From: Vitrella brassicaformis CCMP3155
Lineage: Eukaryota > Protista > Chromerida
Assembly: GCA_001179505.1 (NCBI GenBank)
Contig: CDMY01000666.1
Coordinates: forward strand, 241,488-305,487
Length of the DNA: 64,000 bases
Direction: 5' to 3'
Below the pieces are notes generated by a model that was not told where the DNA came from, ran no database searches, and was given only the letters and a program-made list of their open reading frames with translations. Both the position numbers and the translations under genes were made by a program. Below, in pieces: positions 23,094 to 40,643 of the stretch. Each line of letters begins with the position of its first letter. The stretch's first letter is position 1.

Positions 23094-24930
23094 ATGGAGC
23101 TGGTGCATTTGACTGAGGTGGAAGATCTGTGCAGAAAGGCACTCACCAACATGGGGTTCGCGAATCGCGAGTGCGTCAGCCCTGGCAGCATCCTTGTTGC
23201 GTCATTCCTACAGGCATCTGCCGCAGGATGTCGAACCAGTGTGTGAGGGGCTGCTCTGGGCTCAACGTCGCGGCAACAACCAGGGGATCATCAAAATGTG
23301 AGCAGTGAAGACGTTCAGACACGATCCACACACTCATGATGCCAATTGCATGATGCTGCTTTCCATCTCTCTGTGCAGCCCTGCAGGCGCTGTCAGGCCT
23401 CAGCCATCGGCCGGCAAAGTGACGACCGTCTTTGATACGAAGCTGTCTGCCAGGCTCGACGCACAACAGCGGCCCGGCATGTACGTGCCATTTGGATGGC
23501 TGGCTGCATGGATGTGAGCGCTGTGTGTTGCAGCGTCGCTGTGCAGGAGGCCACTAAGATGGCGATTCAGAAAGCCAGAGAGCACGGTACAAAACTCTCA
23601 CTCCAGGGGGAGGACCACATGAACCCGCACCCTTGTTTGCTTCCCGTGCATGCAGGCTTTGGGATGGTAAGGAACCAAGAAGGCATCATCTGCTGCCGCT
23701 GCATCAATCAGATCTGATCATGAGGATGGTCAGGTTGGCGTGCACAACTACTGCACCACCACTGGCGCCATCGGCATGTATGCGCAGCAAATGGCCGACC
23801 AAGGCCTGCTGGGCTTCGCCTTCGCGCAATCGCCGGAATACGTCGCACCACACGGGACTAATGAGGTACAAAAGGATGCGTGAACTGAACATGCAGCGGC
23901 GTGTGTCCGTTCGCCCACCATCCTGTGTGTCTGCACAGGCCATATTCGGCACGAATCCGTTGGCTATTGGCATCCCTCGCTCGTCAGGCTGCGAGTCGCT
24001 TGTGCTCGACATGGCCACGAGCGTGATGGCCTACTACGGCATACACGAGGCCAAGGCGGCGGGGCGGCCTCTTCCCCCTAATGTGGCCTATGACTCGGAG
24101 GGCAACCCGACACAAGACCCCACATGTATGTGACGTCGGTAAGGCTTGGAGGGACACACAAACACGAGGATGACGTCCACGGATCCACACTCACCGTGGT
24201 GTGTGCATGGCCTGTTACTGCGTTCATCAGCCGCTTTGTCGGGTGCGCTCCTCGTGTTCGACAGGTCCGCAAACACATGCACAAGCATCATGAGTGGGTC
24301 TCGCGTGTGTGTTTGGCGCATCATGTGTGTGGCAGGTCGCACAAGGGATCGCATCTCGCCCTGATGGTGGAGATCCTCGCTGGGGCACTCGTGGGAGCTG
24401 ACGTTCAAAACAAAAAGGTCAGTTGGTGCGCACAGATGCAACAAGGGTAGGGTGCGGTGCCTGCATGTGTGTGTGGCTGTTGGTCGTGTGTGGTGGTTGC
24501 TGCTCACGCACCGCACAGACGGCCAACAATTGGGGCACGCTGGTATGCACGTGTGGGGGCGACTGACCGACCGACACAGACGCATTGACGACACCCTCTG
24601 TTGCCTCTTCTGTGACGCTTGCATGCAGCTGTTCGCCATCGACCCCGCCGAGCTCGGCCCCACTGACGACTTCCACACCAAGACAGAGGTGCACATCCCT
24701 GCAGCCAGGCAGGCAGGCAAACACACTTGAGTACGTTTGTGTCGCCTGTTTATGAATGCATTCAGGCCATCATCGCCCGAGTGCGGTCGGCTCGGAAGCT
24801 CCCCGGTGTGAGTGAGATCCTCATGCCGGGCGAGAGGGGCAACCGGCTCGCCAGGCGAGTTGTGGAGAGCGGGCAGATTGAGGTCGAGGCCAACCTGACG
24901 CAGCAGCTGAGGGAATGTGCTGCCGGCTGA
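23094..24930 (+). CDS. Type 2 malate/L-lactate (Ldh_2, ComC/AllD/DlgD-like) family oxidoreductase
   Basis: Spliced motifs [67 protein letters not shown] and ILMPGERG. Confidence 0.93.
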
Positions 24931-26540
24931 CTGAACAGTCTTTTCTGTGGGGGCTGGCTGCATGTCTTTCGATGAAGCTTACACGACGAAGCTGCGTGCA
25001 TGAATTTATGTATCGTTTTGCACTGTTCGTATACCCACCCGACAGACAATCCAGACAGACCAAGCACAGTCAACGCTATTATCTATTGCGAGAATCACCG
25101 GGCATGCGAATGCAAACAAATTCTCCATCAACGTGTTCAAAAAAACAAGAGACTAGGACGGGAGAAAGGGCGTGCGTTTCAATGCCGGTCGGTAAAAGCC
25201 ATTGGTACGTGAATATTTCGGACCTCGGTCTGGATAACCAAGTCAGGAGTTACGCGATCGTGTGCTGGCATCCAGATTAGAGAGGTGAGGAGGCAGGCGG
25301 TGAGTGATCGTGAGTGAGACAGATAGACAGCCAAAGGCGCAGTTTGTCCATTCCTTTCATTGACAGCCTGTCTGACGCTCTCTGTCGTTGGGCCTGCCCT
25401 GCTGCATGTAGGTGTGTATGTGGGTCAGTCAGTTTGCGTGCGTCTGTGTCTCTGTCTGCTCACCTGTCTGCCTCTGTGTGTCTAAGAGGCCTCTCTGTGG
25501 CGCATCGGTCAATTACGTGATTGATGGGCGACCGCAGTGCAGGCGTAAACAGACAGGCAGCAGACAGGGAGGGGAGCGCTGAATGAATGGGGGCTGAGCT
25601 GGGCAGATAGGACAGATACAATTTGTGCTGCTGTGTGTGTGATGGCAACGAGGTCGATTGTTTCATGCCACGTTGATTTGATTTGATGTGTTGTTTTCAT
25701 TGCACATGGGATGCCCACCAAGGGGTACACGTATGAGTGTATGCATGTTGTGTTCGTGTGTGTATTCATGTTACACCCACACAAACAAAGACAACAATAC
25801 GTCAGAAGCAACCACACATATGTCTGTGCTGCCTGTGCCACGGAAGCATTGGGGCTGCCGACAGACAGGAGCTGCACAGCTGCTGAGAGTGACAGAGAAA
25901 GAGATTGCTTAGGTAAAAAACCGGCCACGCGCACGAGTAGCATGCATTCGCGCATCGGACAGGCAGACAGACAGACATCGCTGCACATTAGTTTGGCTGA
26001 TTCTAACTCCTTCTCACACACACACACACACAGACAAAACAACGACACACGGAGCCGCGCCGTGCGCTGCACATGTGCCTGTGCCTGTGTGTCTGCCTGT
26101 GTGTGCGTGTGTCACCACCACCCAGCAATTTCCCTCCCTCCGGCCTCCCATAGCCCCATGAATGATGCACTCCATCCATCCATCCATCCATCCAGGCACT
26201 CGCGAATCCACGCAAAGATGAATTGTAGTCGGCCTTTCTGCTATGAGTATAAGAGAGAGAGAGAGAGAAGGGGTCGCTATGTCGAAAAAAAAGGGCAAGA
26301 GCCGTTGTGTCTCGCTGGCTCGCTGCGTGACATCTGTCTACGATGCCATCATGTCTGTGTGTACTCTGTGCGTGTAGGGATGGGGGTCTTTAGGGGGCAG
26401 GGAGCACGTGTCCTCATGTCGAGGTCGTTGGCCTCAAGGTCGTTGGCCTGGAGAGACTTCTGGGCATACCACACATAGTGGGAGCGATGCAGCTGTGTGG
26501 GTGTGTATGGGGGGGGAGAGGGATATGTGTGTGTGTGTGC

Positions 26541-27979
26541 CTACTGTAGTCGTGCATCGATCTGTCCCAGCGAGTTCAAGAATTCTTTCTTCTCGTTGCG
26601 ATCGGCCGGCAGCGGGGCTCCGCGGGCAGCCTACCAGACAGAGACACACACACGCAGAGAGGGGGAGGGGGGGAGCTAGAATGCATTTGTGTGTGTGGGG
26701 GCGTGTGTGGGGGGGTGAGGATGTACCCTGGTCTGGTTCTGCTTGAACTGAATCAACTCGTTCCGTGTGATGTCATCCAGCTTGGGCAGCGGGGGCTCCA
26801 AATTCAACGCGTTGATGCCCTGCGCCACCGACACACACACACACACACACACGTCTCTCTGCTCTGTGTGGGTGCAGAGAGAGAGAGAGAGAGAGAGAGC
26901 GAAAGAGACAGAGAGGGCCAGGGATGGGTACCTTCATGAGTCCGGTGCCGATGGGTGCTCTGTTGGGGCTTGCCACCAGCATACCACGGGCCTTGCGGTA
27001 GCTCCCTGATGACACACACACACACATACACACACAGACACACACACACACACACACATACACACACAGACACACACACACACACATAGGTAAGGCGTAC
27101 ACGTACACAGTGACAGTGACAGTCGCGTGTGTCGTGATCACCTGCAGGCCCGACATTCCCCGTCGCCACCCTGGCCCACCTCCAAGGCATCACCCGCGCG
27201 CAGCGGCCCACCCCAGCATCTAAAATCTGACACAAACACACAGAACCGCTTCTGATGCGGCTCACCGTTCCTTTGAATAAATTGGCGTGCGTACTTGTTG
27301 GGCGCAGCACTCGATGTGGTGCACAGCATACCGATTCGGAGCCCGGTCACTCTCACCCAGAGACTGCTCCGTCAGAGGGTCCCTTCCGTGGTCGCGGATG
27401 TGCCGGAGGATGGCCGACAGCTCGTAGGTGTGCCCTGCGTTGGTGAGAAGCAACGGGTGAGAGGAAATGAGCTACCTGCATTGTGGTCAGCTTCAAGATG
27501 CGTACAGTACCTGAGGGTGTGTTGACAGGAGTGCGCGGAACGGCCAATGTGATGGGACACCGCGACACGGAGGCCGGAAACTCATGGTCAGGAACTGCAC
27601 GGACCCAATTGCAAACAAATAGCCCATCCATCCCGCCCCTTGCTGTTGGTCACTCACCCCTTCACTCACCTTTATCGAGTACTTCTCTGATGAGAGCAGC
27701 ATCCACACTCCGGAAACGCATTCTCCCAGAGGGTGCAGGGCGGAGAGCTGGAGGGTGGGGAGCGAGAGGGTGTGCGGCAGCGCCGGCCGCGGCGGGAGGC
27801 TGAGGAGCTCCTGCGGCATGAGCAGCACCCGCAGGACGCTGAGCCTCGCGCAGCCATTGAAACAGATGTTCACAGGAAATAAAGCAGATCATCAAGCAGA
27901 CGATCAGGCACCAGAGAACACCCAGGGAGAACCACCAGAGAAGCCCCTCCGGTCCGTCGGGAGGGGTCCTACCTTCCAT
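26541..27979 (-). CDS. U-box domain protein with an N-terminal hydrophobic (TM) segment; putative E3 ligase
   Basis: LLWWFSLGVLWCLIVCLMICFISC is followed by spliced VPDHEFP...RCPITLAVPRTPVNTPS|GHTYELSAILRHIRDHGRDPLTEQSL...APN, which fits the U-box consensus. The last exon ends QIDARLQ*. Confidence 0.8.
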
Positions 27980-28282
27980 CTCTCCACTCCGTCGGTAAAT
28001 TTGGACTGCAGTGTTCACCGGTAGTACAGAGCACTTGATCAGGAAGGGTTCCACGTAAGTATCCACACACGTGCACAAACATCACACACCGCACCGTTCC
28101 ACGAATGCACACCACACACGCACGCTGACAGAACAGAGATATCGCGTCACTTCGACGGGCGCACCGACAACAATGTCAAGAACAGATGGAACAGCACACT
28201 CAAGTAGCCCCACACCCACACCAGCACCCACACAAACACGCCCGCTCCTCTGTACACGAAGTAGCACCAACGGGCCATCACA

Positions 28283-29573
28283 TCACTCGATGGTGGCCGG
28301 GTCCACCCCCTTCCACGCGAATCGCTTGTTCACATTGAGGCCGTCCAGCTCCTGCATCTGCTCGTCGGTCAGCACGAATCCCTCATCGAATAGCTGGATG
28401 TTGGCGGCGATGTGGGCAGTGTTGCTCGACCGCGGCAGCACCGCATCGCCCTTCTGCAGGCCGTAGCGCAGCAGCACTTGAGAGGCACTCTTGCCGTGCG
28501 CTGAGGCGATCGACCTAACATCCGCACACACACACACACACACAGACACACACACACACACACACACACAACGAGGGTCTGTCCCTCCCTCCCTCTATCC
28601 CTCTCCTTAAGTACGTGACTGTAGGGTGGCCGAGGAGTGTGTGCGTGCCGTCCTTTGCCCCCGCCCCCAGCGACGAGTATGCCTGCACGATGATGCCGCT
28701 CTCGCGGCAGAAGTCGACGAGCTCGTCCTGGACCAGCAGTGGGTGCAACTCGATCTGGTTCACCATCGGCTGCATACCAGACACGCGCAGTGGGTATCCT
28801 CCCACACCCACACCCACACAAACAAGCAAGCGTCATTCTTTCGGCTGACCTTGACTGTGGCGTGCTGCATGATGTGTTTGAGGTGGGCGATGGAGAAGTT
28901 GGAGACGCCGATGGCCTTGGCAGTGCCGTCGCTGTAGAGCTGCTCGAGCGCACGCCACGTGTCGAGCCGCGTCTGGGCGGTGAAGTCAGCAGGGATGTCG
29001 TACTGCTTGAACATATGCCGGCCTGCCACACGGACACACACACACACACACACACACATGCATGGACACACACGCACGCACATGCGCTTCTGTTCCCATC
29101 TCACCAGGTCCAGGCCAGTGGATGATGATCAGATCCACATAGTCGACGCCCAGCCGCCGGATGGACTGCCTGGCGCACTCGAGCGTCTTGTCAAAGCCGT
29201 GGTAGCTGCGCCAGACCTTGGTCTCGATGAACAGGTCCTCCCGGGGTATGGAGGCCTTGCGCAGCACCTCGCCGATCTCCTTCTCATTGTCGTACACCCA
29301 CGCAGCTGCACACACAAACCGATGGATGCGGGAAGGAATCAGACGGCCGATGGGCTTGTTTGCTTACTGTCGAGCATTCGATAGCCAGCGGCAAAGGCAG
29401 CCTCCAGCGGCTTCTTCACCTGCGCTCATACACAGGCATCCCCTGGCTCTTTCTTTGCCATTCCCATGGCTCATCTAGCTTGTTCATCTCACCTGCCCCT
29501 TCTTGAGCGTGTAAGTGCCGAATCCGACACAGGGCATCTGAACGCCGTTGTGCAGCCTGACGCTGGGGATCAT
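28283..29573 (-). CDS. Aldo-keto reductase (AKR superfamily)
   Basis: MIPSVRLHNGVQMPCVGFGTY, YRAFDTAWVYDNE, REDLFIETKVW, YVDLIIIHWP, AIGVSNF, NQIELHP, QAYSSLG, QVLLRY and LPRSSN. Confidence 0.96.
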
Positions 29574-30229
29574 GCCCTATGCTGCCTGGGCATCGACTGC
29601 AGCGGCTTGAGCAGCGGGCTGATCATGAATCATGCGGGGATGCTTGGCGTCTGCATCTGCTGCATCTGCCGCGTCTGCTTCACACTCCTGCTTCTTGCGC
29701 TTCGCCGGCATTTCTTTCCTTCCTCTCGCCATGCGATCTTGCGAGCTTGTGGGCCTTATTCAGCGATTTTGTCACTGCAAAATCGTTCACCGTTGAGCCC
29801 AGGAAGCCACAGTGACTCGCAATGCGGAACTTGTGAGACGGCCGCTGCATGTGACACCACCGTCTCATCAATGGCGAGCAACGGTTCGAACGCTCCCCCT
29901 TCCGCGAGTCGGACAACGAATCAGCGAGCAGCCATGATCCCTCTGCAAGGTGGCAGAGGCCACGCAGTGTCCCCGCCGCCACTCTGTGTGCAGCCGAATC
30001 CGAATCGGAATTTGAATCATGCGGCCCTCCTCACGGGGAAGGCTTCTGTGGGGTGCTTGCAGTTCCCGATTCCACCTGCTGCACCGCATATGGGGGCCAT
30101 GCCTGGGCAGCACCAGCACCAGCGGCAGGAGCAGCACCAGCACATGAGATGCTGTGAGCATTTGCAGTGAGGGCAGGTACATGTCTCCCTGACTGTCTCC
30201 CTGTCTGTCTCCCTTTTGCAGATTCCCCG

Positions 30230-33200
30230 ATGCCATTGGGTCACCGTGCGGCATCGCCCCCTCCCACCCGAGCGGCCCGCTACGTCATCCACTACCCGCT
30301 CTCGGCGGCGAATCACAAGGAGTCGTCCCCCTCTCTCTCCCCTCCCCCACTGCTGCCCGCTGGCCCAGTGCCCGTCGGCCGGGCGTTCATCTCGCGAGAG
30401 GTGCACATGGGGCGTGTGGCGTCGCCCTCCCCGGTGCGGCAGCGGCAGCGTCTGCTGGTGGTGCCACCCGCACCAAACACTGATTTCTATAAGGGAATGG
30501 TACTCACAGGCCATACACGCCAGCACAGATGAGGGAGGGCAATGAATGGCTTTCCTTTCCTTTTACGTTGCAGGGCAGGAATGTTGCGGCGGCGGGGGCG
30601 GGGGCGGGGAGGGGCCACCCGCGAGCCGTCATGACACAGGCGCTCAACGAGATGCACATTCCAGCCGCTCAGAGGGCCATCACCGAGTCGCCCCGCCAAA
30701 GGAACAAAAATGGGACGAATGGTGGGGCGAATAATGCCGCCCGAGTGGGACAACAACACGTGCCCAGAGCCCTATCGCCCCTCCCGGCCTCCCGCGCTGC
30801 TGCTGTCGTGCCTGTTGCGAGGCGGCTGAATCCGTTCCGGGCGAATCAGCGGCTTGAGACGGTGGTTGAGGGGCCGAGGGTGACTGTGGTGGTGGAGAAG
30901 CGGACGGCCAGCACGGCGGAGAGCGCTGATGGGCGAGGGTCGGCAGCGGAGAGGGCACAGACGGCAGATGGGGACACGGCAGAGGTCGGTTTGTTGTAAG
31001 CTAGCTTGGGTGGATGGGATGGATCGACGGACGGGTGTTTGGAGTGTACGTATGTGTTTTTGTCTTTGTTTGCAGCCTCCCCCTGTCGAAGGCCCTCTTT
31101 CATATGCGCCTCCTCCACTGCCATCTGGAGGCCACCAAGGCCAGATGCGCCATGCTGTCGTGGGAGGGACCGGCCCGAGCGAGCATGTGCCGGGGCCCCA
31201 GGATTCCTACTGCCCAAGAGTCAGCATAATTAAGACAACACACGCTCTTTCAAAACCCCCCCAGCAGCAGCAGCACACACACATATGTGTCTCCCTCCCT
31301 CCCTCCCTCCCTCCCTCCGTCTTTGTGTGTGCAGGTGATCCACAGAGGCGGGTGCCACCAGAGCATGGCCAACCTTTACAATCACCACCCACACAAACAC
31401 CCGCATCAGCCGCCGCAGCCAATCGACTCGCCTTGCCCATCCCCGCCGCCACCTCCCCCTGTGGAGGAGCAGCTGTGGCACTACAAGGGCCGGGTGTACA
31501 TCCTCGACAGGCGGCGCAATATCTGGTGCGTCGCCGAGGGCGGCGCTGAAGGCAAGGGCAAACGCACAATGAGCTCGGGTGAGTAAACACGGGAGCAGCG
31601 AGGGAGGGAGGCAGGGACAGAGAGAGAGAGAGAGAGAGAGTTTGTGGTTGTCATGTTATCATTGCCTGGGGCTGTGTCTCCCTCTGTGTGTCTGTGCAGA
31701 TGCCGCTGCTCCCTCCCAGCAGCAGAAGAAGCAGAGTGCAGCAGCTGGTGGTCCTGGTGGTGGCGGGGGTTGGGCGAAGGGGACGAATGTGCCGCATTTG
31801 CGAGAGGTCCACAGGCTGAGATACTCCGATCTGGAAAAGGCAGAGCCGCTCGGCTCGGGTAAGCACATCTGTGCTGTGTCCATTGTGTGATGCCCGCGCA
31901 TCAATGTGTGCGTGTGTGTGTCAATGTGTGTGAAGGTGAGTTTGGTCGTGTGCATCGTGGGTTCCTGCGTGACCCTGAGACAGGCTGCCGGCGGACACAA
32001 GTGGCCATCAAGGAACTTTATTGGAACGAAGGCAACCACACACACACACACACACACAGAGGGCGGGGCGTATGGGAGCATCTCTCTCTCTCTGTGTGTG
32101 GATGTGTGTGGATGTCCAGGGAGTTCGCAGCCTGCAGCACTGGAGGGTCTCAAGAAAGAAGTGGAGCTGTTCAAGGACCTCTGTCACAAGAACCTGGTGC
32201 CCTTCATCGGTCAGCCCCCTTTGCCACATCCATCCATGCATCGTGCGGCCACACAGATCGGTGGATGGATGAATGGACGGATGGATGGCTGTGTGTGCGT
32301 GCAGGCGCGTGTCTGGAGCCGCCCCATTTCTGCCTGGTGACTGAGTACATGCCCCAAGGCTCACTCTACAACGTACCAATGAGACACAGAGAGGGAGGGA
32401 GACACACACAACATACACAGAGAGACGTTCATGTGTGTGTGTATCTATCCATTTGTGTGTGTGCAGGTGCTGCATGTGCAGAAGCGTCGCCTCCCGGACC
32501 AGCAGCGGCTGTCCGTCTGCCGGCAGGTGGCCGAGGGCCTGGCGTACCTTCACGGGCGGAAACCCACCATTCTCCACAGAGACATCAAGACACACAACGT
32601 CGTGGTATATCTGTCTGTCTGTCTGTCTCCGTGGGCACTCCAGTATCGCCACCTCTCTGTGTGTGTCTCAGTTGGATGTTGACATGACGCCTAAGATCTG
32701 TGATTTCGGTCTGAGTGAGGCCATGGAGCGTTCACACATCACGCGACACGAACAAGCTGGTGGCAGCCCGCGATACATGGCCCCGGAGCTCTTCCGCACA
32801 GACACCATGGTCATCCGCCCACCGAGGCCGCACCAACACACACACAAATGCACGTGTGTATGTGTGGGGGGTGTGCAGGCCATCAATGAGAAGGTGGACA
32901 TCTGGGCGTTGGGGTGTCTCTTCATTGAAGTCTTTGGCGGGCCCCTGCCTTTTGACGTAAGAACCTGTGTATGTGTGTGGGGGAGAGAGAGAGAGGGGGA
33001 CGCACCACACAAGGGAGACACGTGGTGTGTGTCCAATCAATAGGGTTGCCGAAACATAGGTCAGCTGGTGCATCTGCTGCTGGTGGATAAGATGATCCCC
33101 TTCATCCCCCCCGAGATCCCCCAGCCCGTCCGCAACATCATCAGCAGCTGCCTGCAGTACGAACCCAACACACGCCCCTCCGCACAGCAGGTATCTAACA

Positions 33201-33670
33201 TTTGTGTGTTTGTGTGTGTGTGAGAGAGGTTGATTGTGTCTCTGCGCGCAAGTGCACGTGTGTGTGTGTGGGGGGGGGGGNNNNNNNNNNNNNNNNNNNN
33301 NNNNNNNNNNNNNNNNNNNNNNNNNNNNNNNNNNNNNNNNNNNNNNNNNNNNNNNNNNNNNNNNNNNNNNNNNNNNNNNNNNNNNNNNNNNNNNNNNNNN
33401 NNNNNNNNNNNNNNNNNNNNNNNNNNNNNNNNNNNNNNNNNNNNNNNNNNNNNNNNNNNNNNNNNNNNNNNNNNNNNNNNNNNNNNNNNNNNNNNNNNNN
33501 NNNNNNNNNNNNNNNNNNNNNNNNNNNNNNNNNNNNNNNNNNNNNNNNNNNNNNNNNNNNNNNNNNNNNNNNNNNNNNNNCATGGGGGGTGTTGTCAGGT
33601 GTGTGAGATGCTGGCGGCGTTGGAGAGGGTAGAGGGAGAGGAGCAGTGGTGGGATGCGTGTGACAAGTGA
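30230..33670 (+). CDS. Tyrosine-kinase-like (TKL, Raf/MAP3K-like) protein kinase with a long disordered N-terminus
   Basis: LGSGEFGRVHRG, VAIKEL, KEVELF, VTEYMPQGSL, LHRDIKTHN, KICDFGL, GSPRYMAPE, DIWALG and CLQYEPNTRPS. The last intron spans a gap and the start codon is uncertain. Confidence 0.92.
33281..33580. other. Assembly gap (300 N) inside a kinase intron
   Basis: N run following poly-G. Confidence 1.
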
Positions 33671-34237
33671 AAGAGGGAGAGGGGGTGACGGAGGGAGGGG
33701 GGTGGGGTGCGTCGGTTGATGTATGTGTTTTCGTTCATATGTTCATTCCATTGAACACATTGACCAGCATCGATCCATCTCTCATCTATCTATGTGTCTG
33801 TTGTGTGTGTCCGTCCGCTTAAACTGATGTCATGGCTATACACAACACCCAAAGACGCTCACACACACCACACACAGAGACAGAGATGCTTTGTCGCTCA
33901 AAGACGCCTTGACCCGTCACGCTATACAGAGAGAGAGGGAGAGAGGGCAAAACCACAGACACACGCACAAGGACACGGACGCAGACGCTGTATGTCAAAA
34001 ATACACACACCACACCACAGCACAGCACAGCACACCACGGAATGCAGTCGAGAATGCACGTATGTCTGTACGTGCCATCCATCCATCCAGCCAGCCACAT
34101 ATTGGATAAAACGACGGATGGATCCGCCGACCCATTAAGTTACGGCTCGCACCCACATGGCGACAGACCCTTTAATCATCAAAAAGTCCTTTCCCTCCCC
34201 TCCACACACACACATACACGCCCTCACACACATGTCT

Positions 34238-37719
<3,482 letters not shown>

Positions 37720-37919
37720 TCATCGCTGAGCTCGCAATTTCAAGGAAAGGAAGGAGGAAGGAGAACGTCGTCAGGGCCGTAGCTGATCAGTCTCAATCGG
37801 CGCAAGGCAGCTTATCCGTCCGCTGCTCGAGCGTAGTGAAGAACCCGGTCTGTAGCTTATCTGTCTGTTTGCTTCTGTGCATCTATCGTCGTCCATCGTA
37901 TCGTGAGAGGTTCTTCACC

Positions 37920-38370
37920 ATGTCGCGCCACTCGAAGAACAACACGGCGCACAGCATCTTCACCTACCATGAGAAGAAAATGATGAAGGACGCCGGCACT
38001 ATCAAGGAACGGTCAGTCAACCCACCAGTCAGCCACTCAACCACGCACGCAATCACACACACTCTTCCTCTCTCTCTCTGTGTCTGTGTCTGTCCATTGT
38101 GCGTGTCAGATTGGGCACCGAGTCGTTCCGCCGGTTCGAGTCGTGTTGGTTGTGTCTGCAGCCAGCGGTGAAGCCGGTGTGCACGCCGAGCGGTTACGTG
38201 TACTGCCACGAGTGCATCATCCTCAACCTGGGGCAGCAGAAGAAAGACCTGCAGAGGGAGAGGGCCCTCTGGGAACGATCCACCAACAGAGAACAGGAGG
38301 TCAGCTCAGATGCGCAGCGCGTGTTTCATGCCCACACGGGACGACCGACAGACGAGTGTGTTGGCTGCGC

Positions 38371-38419
<49 letters not shown>

Positions 38420-39687
38420 GTTGGTAGAGCAAGGTGCGTGCTGAGTGGGAGGCCAAGCAGATGGAGCTGGAGCAGTTCCTGCAGGCCGAGGAGGACATAT
38501 CGGCATCCACGGCATACAAGACCAACAAGAAGGCAGCACCAACGGCAGCACCGACACAGGCCAGTAATCTCAACGTCGACCCTCGAGCACCCGTAAGCAC
38601 ACACACACACACACCACACAGACAGACACGCAGATGTGTATCCAATACACTCGTGTGTGTGCGTGTGCGTGTGTGTGTCGATCAGCACAAGCAGCTGTTT
38701 GTTGAGGAGCGGAAGGAGGAGGCCAGGAGCAAGAACTTCTGGGTGAGGGAGTGCAATGACCTGGACGGCGCATCGGCGTGTGTGTGCATGCCTTATTGAT
38801 CTGATCTGATCGATGTCATGTGTGCAGATCGTTGAGAACACGCCATCTGCCGAGGGCAAGCCCGTCAAGGAACCCAGAAAGTAATCAATCCACCCAGACC
38901 AACCACACCCACCAAGACCCTCTCTCTGCATATCTCTCTCTCCTTGTCCCATGGCATCAGGCACCTGCTCTGCCCCATCTCCAAGAAACCACTCAAGGCA
39001 AGCGACAAACCCAACTCAACTCAACCAACACAGACCACACCCCGCCATACGCACTCTTTTTCCCTTCATTAGTTGAAGGAGCTGACCCGCATCAACCCCG
39101 AGTATGAACACGGCCCTGCAGCGGGCACCAGCGACGCGCCGGAGGAGGGCCAGGCGGCTGACGACCGGCCCAAGGGGGAGAGGAAGAGCACACACTGGCT
39201 CTGCGCCGTGTCCAAAAAGGTGCGCACGCACGTGGGTGGATCGGTGTGGCGGATGGATGGATGGATGGACACACCTGTGTGTATGTCTTTTGTGCAGGCC
39301 ATCAGCCACCAGAAGGCGGCTGTGATCAAGCAGACTGGCCAGGTGGTCCTCATGGTAATGAGGCGTGCACGGCCATGCCAACCACCGCACAATGCCGTCG
39401 ATCGGTCCATGTGTGTGTGTGTGTGAAATGGTGTGTGCAGGAGTATTTGGACAAGTATGTGTTGGGTCGGAAGGGCTTTGTGCCCGACAAGGAGGAAATC
39501 ACCTCCAAAGACATCATTCCTCTCATTCCGGGCGGCACTGGTACAACACGCACAACCAACCAGCCAACCACACCCACGTGTGTGTCTGCATACTCACTCG
39601 TGTGTCTGGTGTGACTGCGTGTGTGTAGGTTTTGCTGCGCACAACAAGGTGGAGGTGGCCAAGTGGCGGCCGGTCATGGAGGCCTGA
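37920..39687 (+). CDS. NOSIP: NOSIP (nitric oxide synthase-interacting protein) homologue
   Basis: MSRHSKNNTAHSIFTYHEK, RLGTESFRRFESCWLCLQPAVKPVCTPSGYVYCHECI, CPISKKPL and GGTGFAAHN. Confidence 0.95.
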
Positions 39688-40159
39688 TACGTGTGCCGAG
39701 CTGACTGTGTGTGCTGCACAGCTTCCTGCATCTTTATTTCTTTCTCCCTTTATCTATGGATGGATTGCTTTTACTGCTTTTGGTTGACTCTCTCTCCACG
39801 CATTCATGGCTCGTGTCACCTGATCCGTGTATCCTGAATGTCCATCCCACAGCACCAACGTCGCTTTCTTCCCTCGCCAATCACATCCACGCGCACACAG
39901 AGACATACACGTCCTCATTCACTCTCCCTTCCCACTGCATGGCATTTCTGGGGCAAGGAAGGCCCCTCACACAAGACGGCGCAAAAACGGCACGAGGCAT
40001 AAAGCGCTGTGCTGCACATAACTATCGATCATGAATAACATTTGCTGACACTCCACGCGCAAAGACAAAACACCCACGGGCGACAGACAAACAATACCGA
40101 CACACAGCACACGCCATCAATACTGAGCCAACACTCACAAGTCTCTCAAACAAGCAGGA

Positions 40160-40503
40160 GACATGCAATTGAGCATGCACACTGACCGACACACAAAACA
40201 CCACCAGACAGCAGAAAGACACCATTAGGATGAGAGAACAGATTGCCCTCTCCCTTTCACAAATAAACAGCCATCCATCACACACATCTCAACAACTGCA
40301 CATGGTGGTCTCGGCATCGTCACCACTGTTTGCCCGCCGCCGTACACGCACACATCGGATCGATAAAAACCCGATCCGCTGCCGTATGCGTTGCCATTGC
40401 CATCATCATGCCAATCACGCCGATGCCGCACAGCACAATCGGTCAATCAGCCAGCCAGCAAGCCGTCCCACGACACACTTGAAAAACGGGACAAGCCGCG
40501 CCA
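40160..40503. repeat. 344-nt block duplicated at 44341-44684 (3' flank of the AIG1 duplication)
   Basis: gacatgcaattgagc...gggacaagccgcgcca is nearly identical in both copies. Confidence 0.95.
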
Positions 40504-40643
40504 CGGACTCAGACATGACGTAGAGTGATTGTGTGTGCTCGGCTGGGTGGGTGGGCTGGCTCACGGATGCACGTGTACTTACATATACAGGCATCATCCA
40601 ACCAATACAAAAACATACGAAAAAGAAGCTGGCGCCTTTGTGT

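Noticed and set aside
29871-30170. Upstream ORF as the first coding exon of the TKL kinase
   Set aside because: The frame needed to splice at 30176/30222 contains a TGA, so it is treated as UTR or uORF.
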